From: Pseudomonadota bacterium
GTDB taxonomy: Bacteria; Pseudomonadota; Gammaproteobacteria; Pseudomonadales; Halomonadaceae
Assembly: GCA_051750125.1 (NCBI GenBank)
Contig: JBNJJK010000012.1
Location: 656-64,655 of the forward strand
Length of the DNA stretch: 64,000 nucleotides
Direction: 5' to 3'
Shown here one piece after another: positions 1-9,522 of this stretch (position 1 is its first letter; each line of letters begins with the position of its first letter). A program made the position numbers and the translations under genes. The notes under the pieces were generated by a model. The model worked only from the letters and a program-made list of their open reading frames with translations, was not told the DNA's origin and did not search any database.

Positions 1-320
1 TCAATAGCCGTATGAAAAGCATTGACATAGGGGTGACTATTAACAAATGAAATCCTCTTGTAACTCACACCTTGACCACTGCTGAGTAAAGATAAAAACT
101 TCTTTCCGGTCAGGCTTTCAGACCTTACTCGCCACACTCCATTGCGTTCTTGAATGTTTGAAAAGTGCTCATGTTTGGTTTCAATCAATCGCTCTACTAC
201 AGCCTGTACTTCCTTAAAATATGCAATTATTTTCCCGTCTTCTTCACATTCATTATTCTTCAGAATGTCATCAATTTCCATTACATACTCTGGCCAGGTG
301 CTATCTTCGTAATCCATCAT
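1..320 (-). CDS. Hypothetical protein, partial (runs off the left edge); not in the supplied ORF track
   Basis: Hand translation from ATG at 320 gives MMDYEDSTWPEYVMEIDDILKNNECEEDGKIIAYFKEVQAVVERLIETKHEHFSNIQ..., open for 106 codons to base 1. GAGG-type RBS just upstream. Confidence 0.7.
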   Translation of the reverse strand, partial: MMDYEDSTWPEYVMEIDDILKNNECEEDGKIIAYFKEVQAVVERLIETKHEHFSNIQERNGVWRVRSESLTGKKFLSLLSSGQGVSYKRISFVNSHPYVNAFHTAI

Positions 321-1304
321 ATCTACCTCATTAGATAGGGCATCCACCTTTGTAGGTGTCTGCTATCATCATAGTCGACTTATCTCATGATACTTATAGT
401 TTTATGCTAATTGACACCAGCCAACCCCTAATAACATATACACCAGAATAGCTTTAATACTCATGCCTTCCATACCCCCTTTATCAAGCTGATCTATTTG
501 TCAATAATGAAGAAATCATTATGAAAGTTAGTGTCATAAAGTTATATATCTAAACAGGGATACGTTTTTAAGTATAAAATTTAATTAAACAAACTCAAAT
601 CCTTAACGAAGGATCGGACAATTGATTTATTGCACCGTCACTTTCCTATCCACCCGCTTGATTCTTTAAAGTCAGGATGATCGCTAAGAACCTATCTAGC
701 TTCAGGCCCGGTATGTAGATGAGTGCGTTGATAGCAATATTCATAAAAAGTCCATTTTTCAGAATTTCAATTGAGGTTCTGATAATCAAATGGAGCTATT
801 AGTAGCTCCATAGCGTGTACTACAAGCATATATATACGCTGGCAAGTAATTAAAAACCGGGAGTTAGATAAACTCTATACGTTTACAGAGCTGGGATCTT
901 CATCACTGGCTAAATACTCAATCAACCATCGAAAAGCAAGTGAATAATTTTCATTATATGCTATTGTCCAGTAGTATTCATATAAATCCAAATAGCACTT
1001 TTATTATTCAGCACCCACCAGCTTCAAGCATTAAAATAAGTCAATAGACACCATTCAAACAGCTGGTAAAGTTATTAGCATTATTTGCAACACAAGGTTT
1101 TCTCATGAGTACTTTCTAACCATCACTGACGTTCAAATACGAATTTTCGCCTACACCACAAATTCCGGGAGTCTGTTGCTTACTTTAATAGAAAGTGAAA
1201 TACCTACTACGCATCCATTGAGTACCCTTACTGGTAGCAATACATTATCGAGAATGATTATCAAATACCGCCCAATATATTGAGCAAGCTAAGGACTTAA
1301 CCTT

Positions 1305-2963
1305 ATGTCGCATTACCCATACAACGCTTCTCACCCCCACTCTAGGACAGGCGAATTTCTTCCCAGCTCGCAACAATCACCTCTAGCTTCTCTTCCCATG
1401 GAAGGAAGAAGGAATTTCTCAAACCAATCCGGACGCCCAGTCAAACTTTGTAAAGCAAACCTCATCCGGCAAATAATTCGCCAGTCATATTGGCTCGGAG
1501 TGAATGCCAGCGGTGTATATTTCCTGGTCCCGTACCATCCAGGGCCAGTATTGATGGTGGAAGCCGACATGATTGCTCCGGTCATCAAGCAAATTGTAGC
1601 GGACTATGGAAATCGAGATGTTTCTGACCAAAGTATACGAGATGCATTAGATATCATTCGAAGAGACCCAGCCCACCACGTAGGTGTTGGTAATGGACGA
1701 ACCTGGCTGGGAGAAAACAACGAGCGCTACATTACACTGAATGGTTTTGTAATGATGTTTCCTGTGGGCCAGGAGCACATGATTCAGCCCCAGCAACCTT
1801 ATCCTTACTGGCAGCCTAACAATTGCCGCTCCTTTCAAAAATTGAACGGCGGAGTCTCTTCAGATGGCATAAGAGCTATCGATAACTTCGTCCAGCTTCC
1901 TAAGGATCGAGAACTGCTCATTTACTCGTATATTCTGCTGTGCCTGATGCCAGAGCGCCAACAGTTGGCTCTGGAGATTACAGGAGAGCCGAAAAGCGGC
2001 ATGGCAAGGCTTCAACGAATCATCAAGAACCTTGTCGACCCGGTGACCAAGGAAACGGCAATACGTGAAATCCCAACAACGGTGAAGGAAGTGAACCGAC
2101 TCGCCTGGCGGCATCACGTGCTTAGCCTGGAGAATGTTGCCTCCCCGCTGAGCCCAGTCGTACAGAGACGTCTGTTTGAATTGCTCTCCCATACTCAACT
2201 GGAATGGAAAGCCATTGGCTGCCATGAGATTACAACAAGTCTATCTGTGTCACGCCCTTGTATTATCAGCAGTCTGGAACCCGTCATTCATCAGGATGAA
2301 TTATCGGAGCTCACCTTGAGCCTGGAGATGCCATCCCCCTCTAGAGATCAGCCAAGAATTGAATACCCAAAGACGACTCGTTCTGTGAGAATCACGGATA
2401 GTAATCAGGCGGATATATTCAATGCTGTGCTTGCCTTACTTGGTGAGGCACACACTAAAATTGATCAGGTTAGTGTCGATAGAAGTGTACCGGATTATTG
2501 GAAAGACTTCTGTCGGATTGGCATGGTTGTATCCAGCGTTTTGCATGGAAGCCCTGACGCTTTCTTGTCGCAATATGCTGCGTATCGTAGTGAACGACTT
2601 GCTGAAATTACTGAAGAAGAACCAATTTCTCAGGCAATTCTCGAATACCTTAAAATCAACGACATTACGGAAGTTGCTGAAAAACCGGTGGGGGTGTGGA
2701 TGGCTACCTTGGATCCATATCGTCCGACCTGGGCTTTGGAGCACCAATGGCCGCGTGAGCCACGCGGTCTTGGTGCAGCATTCAAGCGAGCCGCTCAACT
2801 GCTCGATGCACAGGGAATAACCTGCTATAGCACTGGAAAGCGTGGCTCGAAACGTCATTGGGTAATTGGTCCAAGATCAGTGCCTTGTGGTATTGCATTG
2901 AGCAATAGACTTGCTTCATCCATCGTCAATAAAGAAGTTAATGAATTCGCTGGCTTGATGTGA
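1305..2963 (+). CDS. Mobile-element P-loop ATPase-like (helicase-related) protein with degenerate Walker A
   Basis: 552-aa ORF with AAGGA RBS. Segments LEITGEPKSGMARL..IIKNLVDP, HVLSLENV, RPCII and WPREPRGLGAAFKRAA resemble phage/island replication ATPases of the GxxGSxKS..LxDP type. Confidence 0.6.
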   Translation: MSHYPYNASHPHSRTGEFLPSSQQSPLASLPMEGRRNFSNQSGRPVKLCKANLIRQIIRQSYWLGVNASGVYFLVPYHPGPVLMVEADMIAPVIKQIVADYGNRDVSDQSIRDALDIIRRDPAHHVGVGNGRTWLGENNERYITLNGFVMMFPVGQEHMIQPQQPYPYWQPNNCRSFQKLNGGVSSDGIRAIDNFVQLPKDRELLIYSYILLCLMPERQQLALEITGEPKSGMARLQRIIKNLVDPVTKETAIREIPTTVKEVNRLAWRHHVLSLENVASPLSPVVQRRLFELLSHTQLEWKAIGCHEITTSLSVSRPCIISSLEPVIHQDELSELTLSLEMPSPSRDQPRIEYPKTTRSVRITDSNQADIFNAVLALLGEAHTKIDQVSVDRSVPDYWKDFCRIGMVVSSVLHGSPDAFLSQYAAYRSERLAEITEEEPISQAILEYLKINDITEVAEKPVGVWMATLDPYRPTWALEHQWPREPRGLGAAFKRAAQLLDAQGITCYSTGKRGSKRHWVIGPRSVPCGIALSNRLASSIVNKEVNEFAGLM

Positions 2964-3597
2964 AGCTCGATCTTGTTAGCAGACTAAAAAATTACGAAAT
3001 ACAGTACATCCGCCACTTTTCAATATTCAATTTGACAGCACCAGCGCACCGCTTCCTTGGGTGTTTGCTGGTGAAGGCAGACCGTTAAGCTGACATGCCA
3101 CCAAGTTGGGCATTTCAGTGCTTGCAGTTCGCCCTGGCAGATGATTCTTGAGTCAGTTTCATTCAAGCAAGTCTTCCAAACACCCACGACAAGACGACGT
3201 TCGCCGTGACAAATCATGCAGATTACTCACTTCTTCATATGCTTTTTTGAAAAACGTAGTGTTCAACGTCGTGACGTCGTGCTCGTAAGGTAGTTATTTC
3301 GCATACCGTTGATCGTTCCAACAACCACTGCAACCTTATAGATACGATGGGCTGTAATCGACATGAAGCCAGCCCAACCATCTACATTTTTCTGCAGGTA
3401 CCTGAGTGAATCACCAATACTTGAGCAATCGACTCAGTCTCGACCGGTATTCCCCAAGAGGAAAATCTACTTTCAATGGAACACGAGAACCAATCAGGAA
3501 TTTCATATGCTCAAACAATATGGCCTGCGAGTGGCTTTTTTCTGAGATGTTTCAGCTTCATCTTGACCATTGAATCCACATAACCGGGCATTCTTGA

Positions 3598-4875
3598 CTA
3601 CTTAACTGCCAAAAGCTCATTCCATTGGGTCGTATAGCGCGGCGTGCGCCGTTCGCTGCGCAGTGACCAGGCGTTCCCTTTGCGGGGCAGGCCCATCTGG
3701 ATGGTGCCCCGACCAAGCTCCCGATTGAGCTTATCGACCGTGTCCATCAGGCGTTCGCTGCGCTGGGCGTCCGCTTCGGTTTGCGGGGTCTCGGCAAGGG
3801 TGAGCTGACGGTTGGCCTTGGGGGATAGGTCAAGCAGCATCAGGCCTGCTTTTTGGTAGGCGTAGCCCTTACGCCATAGCCGACGCAAGCCCTGTACTGC
3901 AGCCGCAGTGATTTCTCGGTTGTCGTCGGTGGGTCGTTCCAGTGAGATGACGACATGGTTGGTGTACTGCGGCAAGTCGTTGCGGAAGGGGTTGGTACGG
4001 ATGAAGACCATAACGGCACTGGTCACGCTGCGTTGCTTGCGAAGCTTCTCACCGGCCCTGGCAGCGTGCTGCCGGAGCGCTTCACGTAGATCATGCGGGT
4101 TACCGGTCAGTCGACCGAACGAGCGCGATACCATGATCTGTTGTTTGGGCTCACTCATGTCGTCCAGTTGTATCACCGGCTGGCCCCTCAGCTCCCACAC
4201 GATGCGTTCCTGCACCACGCTGAAATGCCGTCGTATGTGCTTGGGATCGGCTTCGCGTAGATCCCACGCCGTTTCAATGCCCATGACCCGCAGGCGCTCG
4301 CCGGTGCGGCGGGCCACGCCCCATAGCTCCATGACCGGCAACTGTTTCAACAACGCTTGGGTGTCGATACCGTCAGCCATGAGCTTGCACACACCCTGCT
4401 CCCGGTAGGCGGGATGTTTCTTGGCGGCATGGTTGGCGACCTTGGCCAGAACCCGGGATGGCGCAAAACCCACCGAGACCGGAATGCCGGTCCATTGTTT
4501 AACGGTCTCTCGCAACCTTTGCCCGTACTGCTCCAGCGCGTCGGGATCAAAGCCCTGGAATCCCACGAAGCTCTCATCAATCGAGTACACCTCGACATGG
4601 GGAGAAAACTCGCCAAGCACTTCCGTGACACGCCGGGACATGTCGCCGTATAAGGCGTAATTACTCGATAGCAGCACGGCTTGGCGACGGATCTGGGGCG
4701 ACAGCAGGTGCATCGCCGCCCCCATCTCGACGCCGAGGGCTTTCAGTTCGTTGGAACGGGCCACCACGCATCCATCGTTATTGGAGAGCACGCCCACCGG
4801 ACGACCTTCCAGTGTCGGGTTAAAGACCCGCTCGCAGGACACATAGAAATTGTTGCAGTCGATCAGGGCCATCAT
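3598..4875 (-). CDS. umuC: Y-family DNA polymerase V subunit UmuC
   Basis: [21 protein letters not shown]-terminal SPRYTT-like RTPRYTTQW; overlaps the umuD stop (ATGA). Confidence 0.95.
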   Translation of the reverse strand: MMALIDCNNFYVSCERVFNPTLEGRPVGVLSNNDGCVVARSNELKALGVEMGAAMHLLSPQIRRQAVLLSSNYALYGDMSRRVTEVLGEFSPHVEVYSIDESFVGFQGFDPDALEQYGQRLRETVKQWTGIPVSVGFAPSRVLAKVANHAAKKHPAYREQGVCKLMADGIDTQALLKQLPVMELWGVARRTGERLRVMGIETAWDLREADPKHIRRHFSVVQERIVWELRGQPVIQLDDMSEPKQQIMVSRSFGRLTGNPHDLREALRQHAARAGEKLRKQRSVTSAVMVFIRTNPFRNDLPQYTNHVVISLERPTDDNREITAAAVQGLRRLWRKGYAYQKAGLMLLDLSPKANRQLTLAETPQTEADAQRSERLMDTVDKLNRELGRGTIQMGLPRKGNAWSLRSERRTPRYTTQWNELLAVK

Positions 4876-5321
4876 TGCAGCGGTGCCCCTGGCAGGCTAT
4901 GCAGCACATGGGTCACGACGCCCCAGACGTGAGACTCCCGACCGTCAATGGGAATGGGTGGGTATGCGGGATTGCTTGCCTTGAGGTAGGTGCGCTGGCC
5001 AACCCGTTCCAGCCGTTTCACGGTCAGTTCGCCGTCCACGCAGATCACCACAATCCGGCCTGGCACCGCATCAAGGCTTCGGTCCACCACCAGCAAGTCA
5101 CCGTGATGGATGCCGTCACCCGTCATGGAATCCCCCTCGGAACGCACGAAGTAGGTCGCGGCCGGACGCTTCACCACATACTGGTGAAGGTCCAGGTCGG
5201 TATCCAGGTGATCATCGGCGGGAGACGGAAACCCCGCACGCACCGCACTCGAATAGAGCGGTAACGGGCATGACGGGGCATAAGCGTCTGCTCGGCCCAG
5301 CAGGGAAACGGGCAATGACAT
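4872..5321 (-). CDS. umuD: UmuD (S24 peptidase, Pol V accessory subunit)
   Basis: AGFPSPA cleavage site, GDSM catalytic Ser, TVKRL catalytic Lys. Start placed at MSLPV (5321) after a GAGG RBS. Confidence 0.95.
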   Translation of the reverse strand: MSLPVSLLGRADAYAPSCPLPLYSSAVRAGFPSPADDHLDTDLDLHQYVVKRPAATYFVRSEGDSMTGDGIHHGDLLVVDRSLDAVPGRIVVICVDGELTVKRLERVGQRTYLKASNPAYPPIPIDGRESHVWGVVTHVLHSLPGAPLQ

Positions 5322-5339
5322 GGTAAGGTGCCTCTCGAT

Positions 5340-5359
5340 TACTGTATATATAGCCAGTA
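5340..5359. promoter_or_regulatory. LexA (SOS) box upstream of umuD
   Basis: TACTGTATATATAGCCAGTA = CTG-N10-CAG with AT-rich spacer, 19 bp upstream of the umuD start. On the minus strand it directly follows a TTGATA -35 hexamer. Confidence 0.9.
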
Positions 5360-5477
5360 TCAAGAAAGACGCCGGTTGACGCAACACCAACACGGTCAAC
5401 GCCACTTATTTTGAGACCTATATCACTCCCATGAACCCACCACAGGGATAGCTTCCCTGATCATAGGAGTGCCGCTT

Positions 5478-5816
5478 ATGTCACCACCCTGCTTTAACTG
5501 TGCTGAAACGCGCATGCTCAACCTTGATACCGCTCAACGGATCGGCACCACGGGGAGTTGCCTGATTGGCGGGGCGATCGGTGCCTGGCGATCAGCCGCC
5601 GTCACGAGGCCTTTGTCGATAGCCACCTCGCGCTTTCCGCTCGCCAAACTGCCCGTCGCGATGATGGGCGCCATTGCCGGAGGCCAGTCGGGGGCGCGGG
5701 TAGCCGCCCTGTTCTTCTCGCAATGGCTGCCACCCGGTGAAGGCACCCCTTGGCTCTGTCTGTCGTGCGGGCATATCTTTCGTCACCCCTTTCCACCCCT
5801 GGCACCTGCACGCTGA
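5478..5816 (+). CDS. Small hypothetical protein: CxxC...CxxC zinc ribbon enclosing a glycine-zipper hydrophobic hairpin
   Basis: AGGAG RBS 8 nt before ATG 5478. CFNC at the N-terminus, CLSC near the C-terminus, GxxxG-rich hydrophobic segments (GSCLIGGAIG, GAIAGGQSG) between them. Confidence 0.7.
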   Translation: MSPPCFNCAETRMLNLDTAQRIGTTGSCLIGGAIGAWRSAAVTRPLSIATSRFPLAKLPVAMMGAIAGGQSGARVAALFFSQWLPPGEGTPWLCLSCGHIFRHPFPPLAPAR

Positions 5817-5859
5817 TACACCGCTTTACGGCGGTACACCTTATTCACCACCCACCCAT

Positions 5860-5888
5860 GCGCTGACAGCTGTGTCAGCGCTTTTTTT
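5860..5888 (+). terminator. Intrinsic-terminator-like hairpin immediately before the DUF932 gene
   Basis: GCGCTGACA-gctg-TGTCAGCGC followed by T7. Confidence 0.65.
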
Positions 5889-5906
5889 ATGTCTGGAGAA
5901 TGACTC

Positions 5907-6875
5907 ATGGCACATCTCGTTGAACAAATGGCTTACGTAGGCGCTACCCCCTGGCATGGCCTGGGGCAGCAACTGACCCGTCATCAACCGCTGGAGGTCT
6001 GGCAACAACAGGCCGGTATGAACTGGCACATTGAAGAGGCCCCGGTGCGCTTTATTGCCGAAGGCGCAAGCCACCTGGGCAGCATTCATTCCTTCCCTGA
6101 GCAAAAGGTGCTCTACCGTTCGGACAACAAGGCACCGCTCTCCGTGGTATCGCAGCGCTACAAGGTGGTGCAGCCGGAAGAGATCCTGGAGTTTTACCGT
6201 GACCTGACCGAGTACGCGGGGTATGAGCTGGAAACCGCCGGGGTGCTCAAGGGTGGTCGCAAGTTCTGGGCCCTGGCGCGCAGTGGCTTGAGCACATCGC
6301 TGCAAGGCCAGGATGAGGTGAACGACTACCTGCTGCTGGCCACCTCGTGTGATGGCACCTTGGCCACCATGGCGACACCCACCACGGTACGGGTGGTGTG
6401 CAACAACACATTGCAGATCGCCGTTGATGGTACATCGCAGGCGGTGAAGGTTCCCCACCGGTCGGAGTTCGACCCGCGGGCCGTCAAGCGACAGCTGGGG
6501 ATTTCCGTGTCCCAGTGGAACGACTTCATGTACCGCATGAAGGCCCTGTCTGAACGCAAGATCGACCGCCGTGAAGCCCAGCAGTACCTGCAGTCGGTGA
6601 TTTGCGGGGCCGAAACGCCTCTGGATGATCCATCCAAGCTGCCGAACTACCGGGCACTGAATAAAGTGCAGAAGCTTTATAGCGGCGAAGGTCGGGGCTC
6701 GCACCTGGTCACCGCCAAGGACACGGCCTGGGGCCTGCTCAATGCGGTCACCGAGTATGTCGATCACGAGAAACGGGCGCGTAGCAACGATACCCGCATG
6801 GACTCGGCGTGGTTCGGCCAGGGCGCACAGCTAAAGCAGGAAGCGCTCGATGCCGCACTTGCGCTGGTGGCGTAA
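5907..6875 (+). CDS. DUF932 family phage/plasmid-like protein
   Basis: Characteristic N-terminus MAHLVEQMAYVGATPWHGLG, LKGGRKFWALA, TxVRVVCNNTL, TAWGLLNAVTEYVDH. Confidence 0.9.
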   Translation: MAHLVEQMAYVGATPWHGLGQQLTRHQPLEVWQQQAGMNWHIEEAPVRFIAEGASHLGSIHSFPEQKVLYRSDNKAPLSVVSQRYKVVQPEEILEFYRDLTEYAGYELETAGVLKGGRKFWALARSGLSTSLQGQDEVNDYLLLATSCDGTLATMATPTTVRVVCNNTLQIAVDGTSQAVKVPHRSEFDPRAVKRQLGISVSQWNDFMYRMKALSERKIDRREAQQYLQSVICGAETPLDDPSKLPNYRALNKVQKLYSGEGRGSHLVTAKDTAWGLLNAVTEYVDHEKRARSNDTRMDSAWFGQGAQLKQEALDAALALVA

Positions 6876-6964
6876 TCAGCACCGAAACGTCGCTTCATCG
6901 ATTGCCCGAATACCCCACTATCACGCTATTCCCTATCCAGTGACACTCACCACCTCCACGGCAT

Positions 6965-6996
6965 AAACGCCCGGCCCCATCAAGGCCGGGCGTTTT
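6965..6996 (+). terminator. GC-rich hairpin with short T tail downstream of DUF932
   Basis: AAACGCCCGGCC-ccatcaa-GGCCGGGCGTTT(T), a 12-bp stem. Confidence 0.65.
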
Positions 6997-7026
6997 GCTG
7001 TGAGGCTTACTTTACGAGGAACTGCC

Positions 7027-7203
7027 ATGACATTCGTTTCCCACACCGTCGAAACCGGGCTGACCCAGCTGACCGAAGCCCTGCTGGCCAATCAAAAACA
7101 TCACGCCGAGACCGTCGTCTGCGCCCAGGGGAAGTTCTACCGGGCGGAAGTCCGCCTGGAGCCCCTGGATGCCGAGACATTGGCCGATCACCTGGGCGAC
7201 TAA
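7027..7203 (+). CDS. Small hypothetical protein (58 aa)
   Basis: GAGGA RBS before ATG 7027; GC3-biased codons; sits within the co-oriented backbone module. Confidence 0.6.
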   Translation: MTFVSHTVETGLTQLTEALLANQKHHAETVVCAQGKFYRAEVRLEPLDAETLADHLGD

Positions 7204-7291
7204 CCCTACCCGCCTTATCGCTTTCAACCAGCCCATAACGCTTGGGTGTTGGATTGTCCCTGTATTGATTCGAGAAAACCGGAGGTATTCC

Positions 7292-8077
7292 ATGGCACAA
7301 CGTACCCATGTCATCAATTCCAATCATCCCGAAACATCGTCATCAGCTATTCAGCCAGACGCTGCCTCGACAAACACACCGGCCTCCTTGGAGGCCCATC
7401 CCACCGCCGACAGCACTGCGATCATTCAGGTGATCGAGCGTGCCGCGCTGAACCCGGACGTCGACATCGACAAGATGGAGCGTTTGCTGCAGATGCAGGA
7501 GCGGGTGATGGATCGCCAGGCCATGATGGCCTATAGCGCGGCCATGGCAGCGATGCAGACCGAACTGCCCAGCATCGAGGAGCGAGGACAAACCAACAAC
7601 GGCTTCTACGCCACCCTGGAGGATATCGTCGATACCGTGCGCCCCATCCTGCAGAAGCACGGCTTTGCGGTGAGCTTTCGTATCCAGACGCAGGAACGTG
7701 GCATTCAGATCACCGGCGTCCTGATGCACAAGGATGGTCACCGTGAAGAAACCAGCATGCTGCTGCCCGCCGATATCAGCGGTAACAAGAATGCGGTACA
7801 GGCGTTTGGCTCCTCCACCAGCTACGGCAAGCGTTACGTGCTGTGCGCGCTGCTCAATATCACCACCCGCGGCCAGGACGATAACGGCAATGCCAGTACT
7901 AAAGCGGGCATCAAGACAGTGACCGCTTTCCAGGCGGGGCAGATCCAGCGGCTGATCAGCCAGTGCCCAGCGACGACCCAAGAGTGGTTCAGCGGCAAGT
8001 ACGGGTCTGCCGTGCAGGTGCCCTATAGCGACTTCGACAAGCTGCGAGCGTCCCTTTCCAAGCGGGCCGTTAAGTAA
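7292..8077 (+). CDS. ERF family single-strand annealing protein
   Basis: YATLEDIVDTVRPILQKHGFAVSF and the ERF signature QAFGSSTSYGKRYVLCALLNI. GGAGG RBS before ATG 7292. Confidence 0.85.
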   Translation: MAQRTHVINSNHPETSSSAIQPDAASTNTPASLEAHPTADSTAIIQVIERAALNPDVDIDKMERLLQMQERVMDRQAMMAYSAAMAAMQTELPSIEERGQTNNGFYATLEDIVDTVRPILQKHGFAVSFRIQTQERGIQITGVLMHKDGHREETSMLLPADISGNKNAVQAFGSSTSYGKRYVLCALLNITTRGQDDNGNASTKAGIKTVTAFQAGQIQRLISQCPATTQEWFSGKYGSAVQVPYSDFDKLRASLSKRAVK

Positions 8078-8118
8078 CTGGCCTCTTAGTCCTATCTATC
8101 CAAGTAAAGGAGGCGACC

Positions 8119-8730
8119 ATGCAGATCCTCAACATGGCGCAAGGCTCCCCCGAGTGGCTAGCGGCGCGCTTAGGGCGCGTCACCATGTCGGAGCTCAAGA
8201 CCTTGCTGGTCAACGGCAAAGGCCCTGGTGGATTCGGTGCCGGGGCCATTACCTACATGCACCAGTTGATGGGTGAGCGGATGACCGGCGAGCTAGCCGA
8301 GCCGTTTCAGGGCAATGCCCATACCCGGCGTGGTCATGAACTGGAAGGGGTGGCCCGTTCGCTCTACGTCAATGCATCCGGCGAACCGAGCCCGCAGGAA
8401 GTGGGCATCATCCTCAACCATGACGTGGGCTATTCGCCCGACAGCCTGGTGGGCGCTAACGGGCTGCTGGAAATCAAAACCAAACTGCCCAAGTTCCAGG
8501 TCGAGGTGCTGTTAAGCGGGGAGATTCCGGCAGAGCACGTTGCGCAGTGCCAGGGCGGCTTATGGGTCAGCGAGCGGGAATGGATCGACTTTGTGAGCTA
8601 CTGGCCGGGCATGCCGCTGTTTATCAAACGTGCCTACCGCGACGACATCATGATTCGCACCATTGCCGAGCGCGTCGAGGCCTTCCACGAAGAAATGGAG
8701 CGGCGTATCAGCCAAGTGATGGTGGCATGA
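8119..8730 (+). CDS. YqaJ / lambda-exonuclease family protein
   Basis: QGSPEWLAARLGRVTMSE, RGHELE, YSPDSLV, LEIK, QCQGGLWV motifs; AGGAGG RBS. Confidence 0.9.
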   Translation: MQILNMAQGSPEWLAARLGRVTMSELKTLLVNGKGPGGFGAGAITYMHQLMGERMTGELAEPFQGNAHTRRGHELEGVARSLYVNASGEPSPQEVGIILNHDVGYSPDSLVGANGLLEIKTKLPKFQVEVLLSGEIPAEHVAQCQGGLWVSEREWIDFVSYWPGMPLFIKRAYRDDIMIRTIAERVEAFHEEMERRISQVMVA

Positions 8731-8774
8731 GCCAATCTCATCATCGACGAACCATCTACCACATAACGACATAG

Positions 8775-8808
8775 ACGCCGGGGCTACCACCCCGGCGTTT
8801 TCTTTTTT
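8775..8808 (+). terminator. Intrinsic-terminator-like hairpin immediately before radC
   Basis: ACGCCGGGG-ctacca-CCCCGGCGT followed by a T-rich tract. Confidence 0.65.
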
Positions 8809-8818
8809 GGAGACAACC

Positions 8819-9316
8819 ATGACCCACAGCAAACTCAAGGCCGGTGAAGTGGCGGGCACCTACCATGTGACAGCCCCGGTCACCGAAGCCGATATCATCA
8901 ACCTTGCCAAAAGTTTTGCACGGCGCAAGCTCGCCCGAGGCTGCAAGATCACTCAGCCGTCACAAGCGTTCGAGCACTTGCGGCTGCTGCTCCAAGACTA
9001 CGAGCACGAGGTATTCAGCGTTCTGTTTCTCGACACCCAGCACCGTGTCATAAGGTTCGAGGAAATGTTCCGGGGTACAATCGATACATCCAGCGTCTAC
9101 CCACGCGAAGTGCTCAAAGCCGCTCTCACCTATAATGCCGCGGCGGTCATCCTCGTTCATAACCACCCCAGTGGTGATCCCGACCCCAGCGACTCAGATA
9201 AACGTATCACCCAGAGGCTCAAGGAAGCCTTGGGACTGATGGACATTCGGGTAATTGATCATGTGGTAGTGGGCAGTGAGGGATGCACGTCGTTTGCCGA
9301 GATGGGGTATTTGTAG
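8819..9316 (+). CDS. radC: RadC-like JAB-domain protein (short, mobile-element type)
   Basis: EVFSVLFLDTQHRVI, VYPREV, HNHPSGDPDPSDSD, DIRVIDHVVVG. Confidence 0.92.
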   Translation: MTHSKLKAGEVAGTYHVTAPVTEADIINLAKSFARRKLARGCKITQPSQAFEHLRLLLQDYEHEVFSVLFLDTQHRVIRFEEMFRGTIDTSSVYPREVLKAALTYNAAAVILVHNHPSGDPDPSDSDKRITQRLKEALGLMDIRVIDHVVVGSEGCTSFAEMGYL

Positions 9317-9334
9317 CGGTGTGGTAGAGCGAGA

Positions 9335-9384
9335 TGGATCCGCCCGCCGGGGCGGGTCCAAGTTGGATGTTTTCTTTCTTTTTT
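9335..9384 (+). terminator. Hairpin and T-rich tract ending the backbone module
   Basis: TGGATCCGCCC-gccg-GGGCGGGTCCA (one G-U pair), then a T-rich run. Confidence 0.5.
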
Positions 9385-9387
9385 ATT

Positions 9388-9409
9388 CAGCTATCGGCCA
9401 AAAGCGGTC
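9388..9409. repeat. Left copy of an imperfect inverted 22-bp motif bracketing the cargo
   Basis: CAGCTATCGGCCAAAAGCGGTC matches the reverse complement of 24634-24655 at 15/22 positions. Confidence 0.4.
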
Positions 9410-9522
9410 TTTTAGGCGACACTGATATAATTCAAAGGCAAGTTTCAAAAAGAGCAACGTAGAAGGCGACAACTTGCTCCAATTGTTTTTCAGTCATTTA
9501 TTTGTGGTCCACGTATGTGACT

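Noticed and set aside
2964-3597. Short protein-like frames (including ORFs 3020-3217 and 3363-3545)
   Set aside because: All frames are broken by stops, with no recognisable family or RBS; possibly a decayed gene but unsupported.
1-9316. Interpretation of the left region as a prophage
   Set aside because: No capsid, terminase, tail or lysis genes in the window; the gene set fits an integrative-element backbone better, though the unseen left part could change this.
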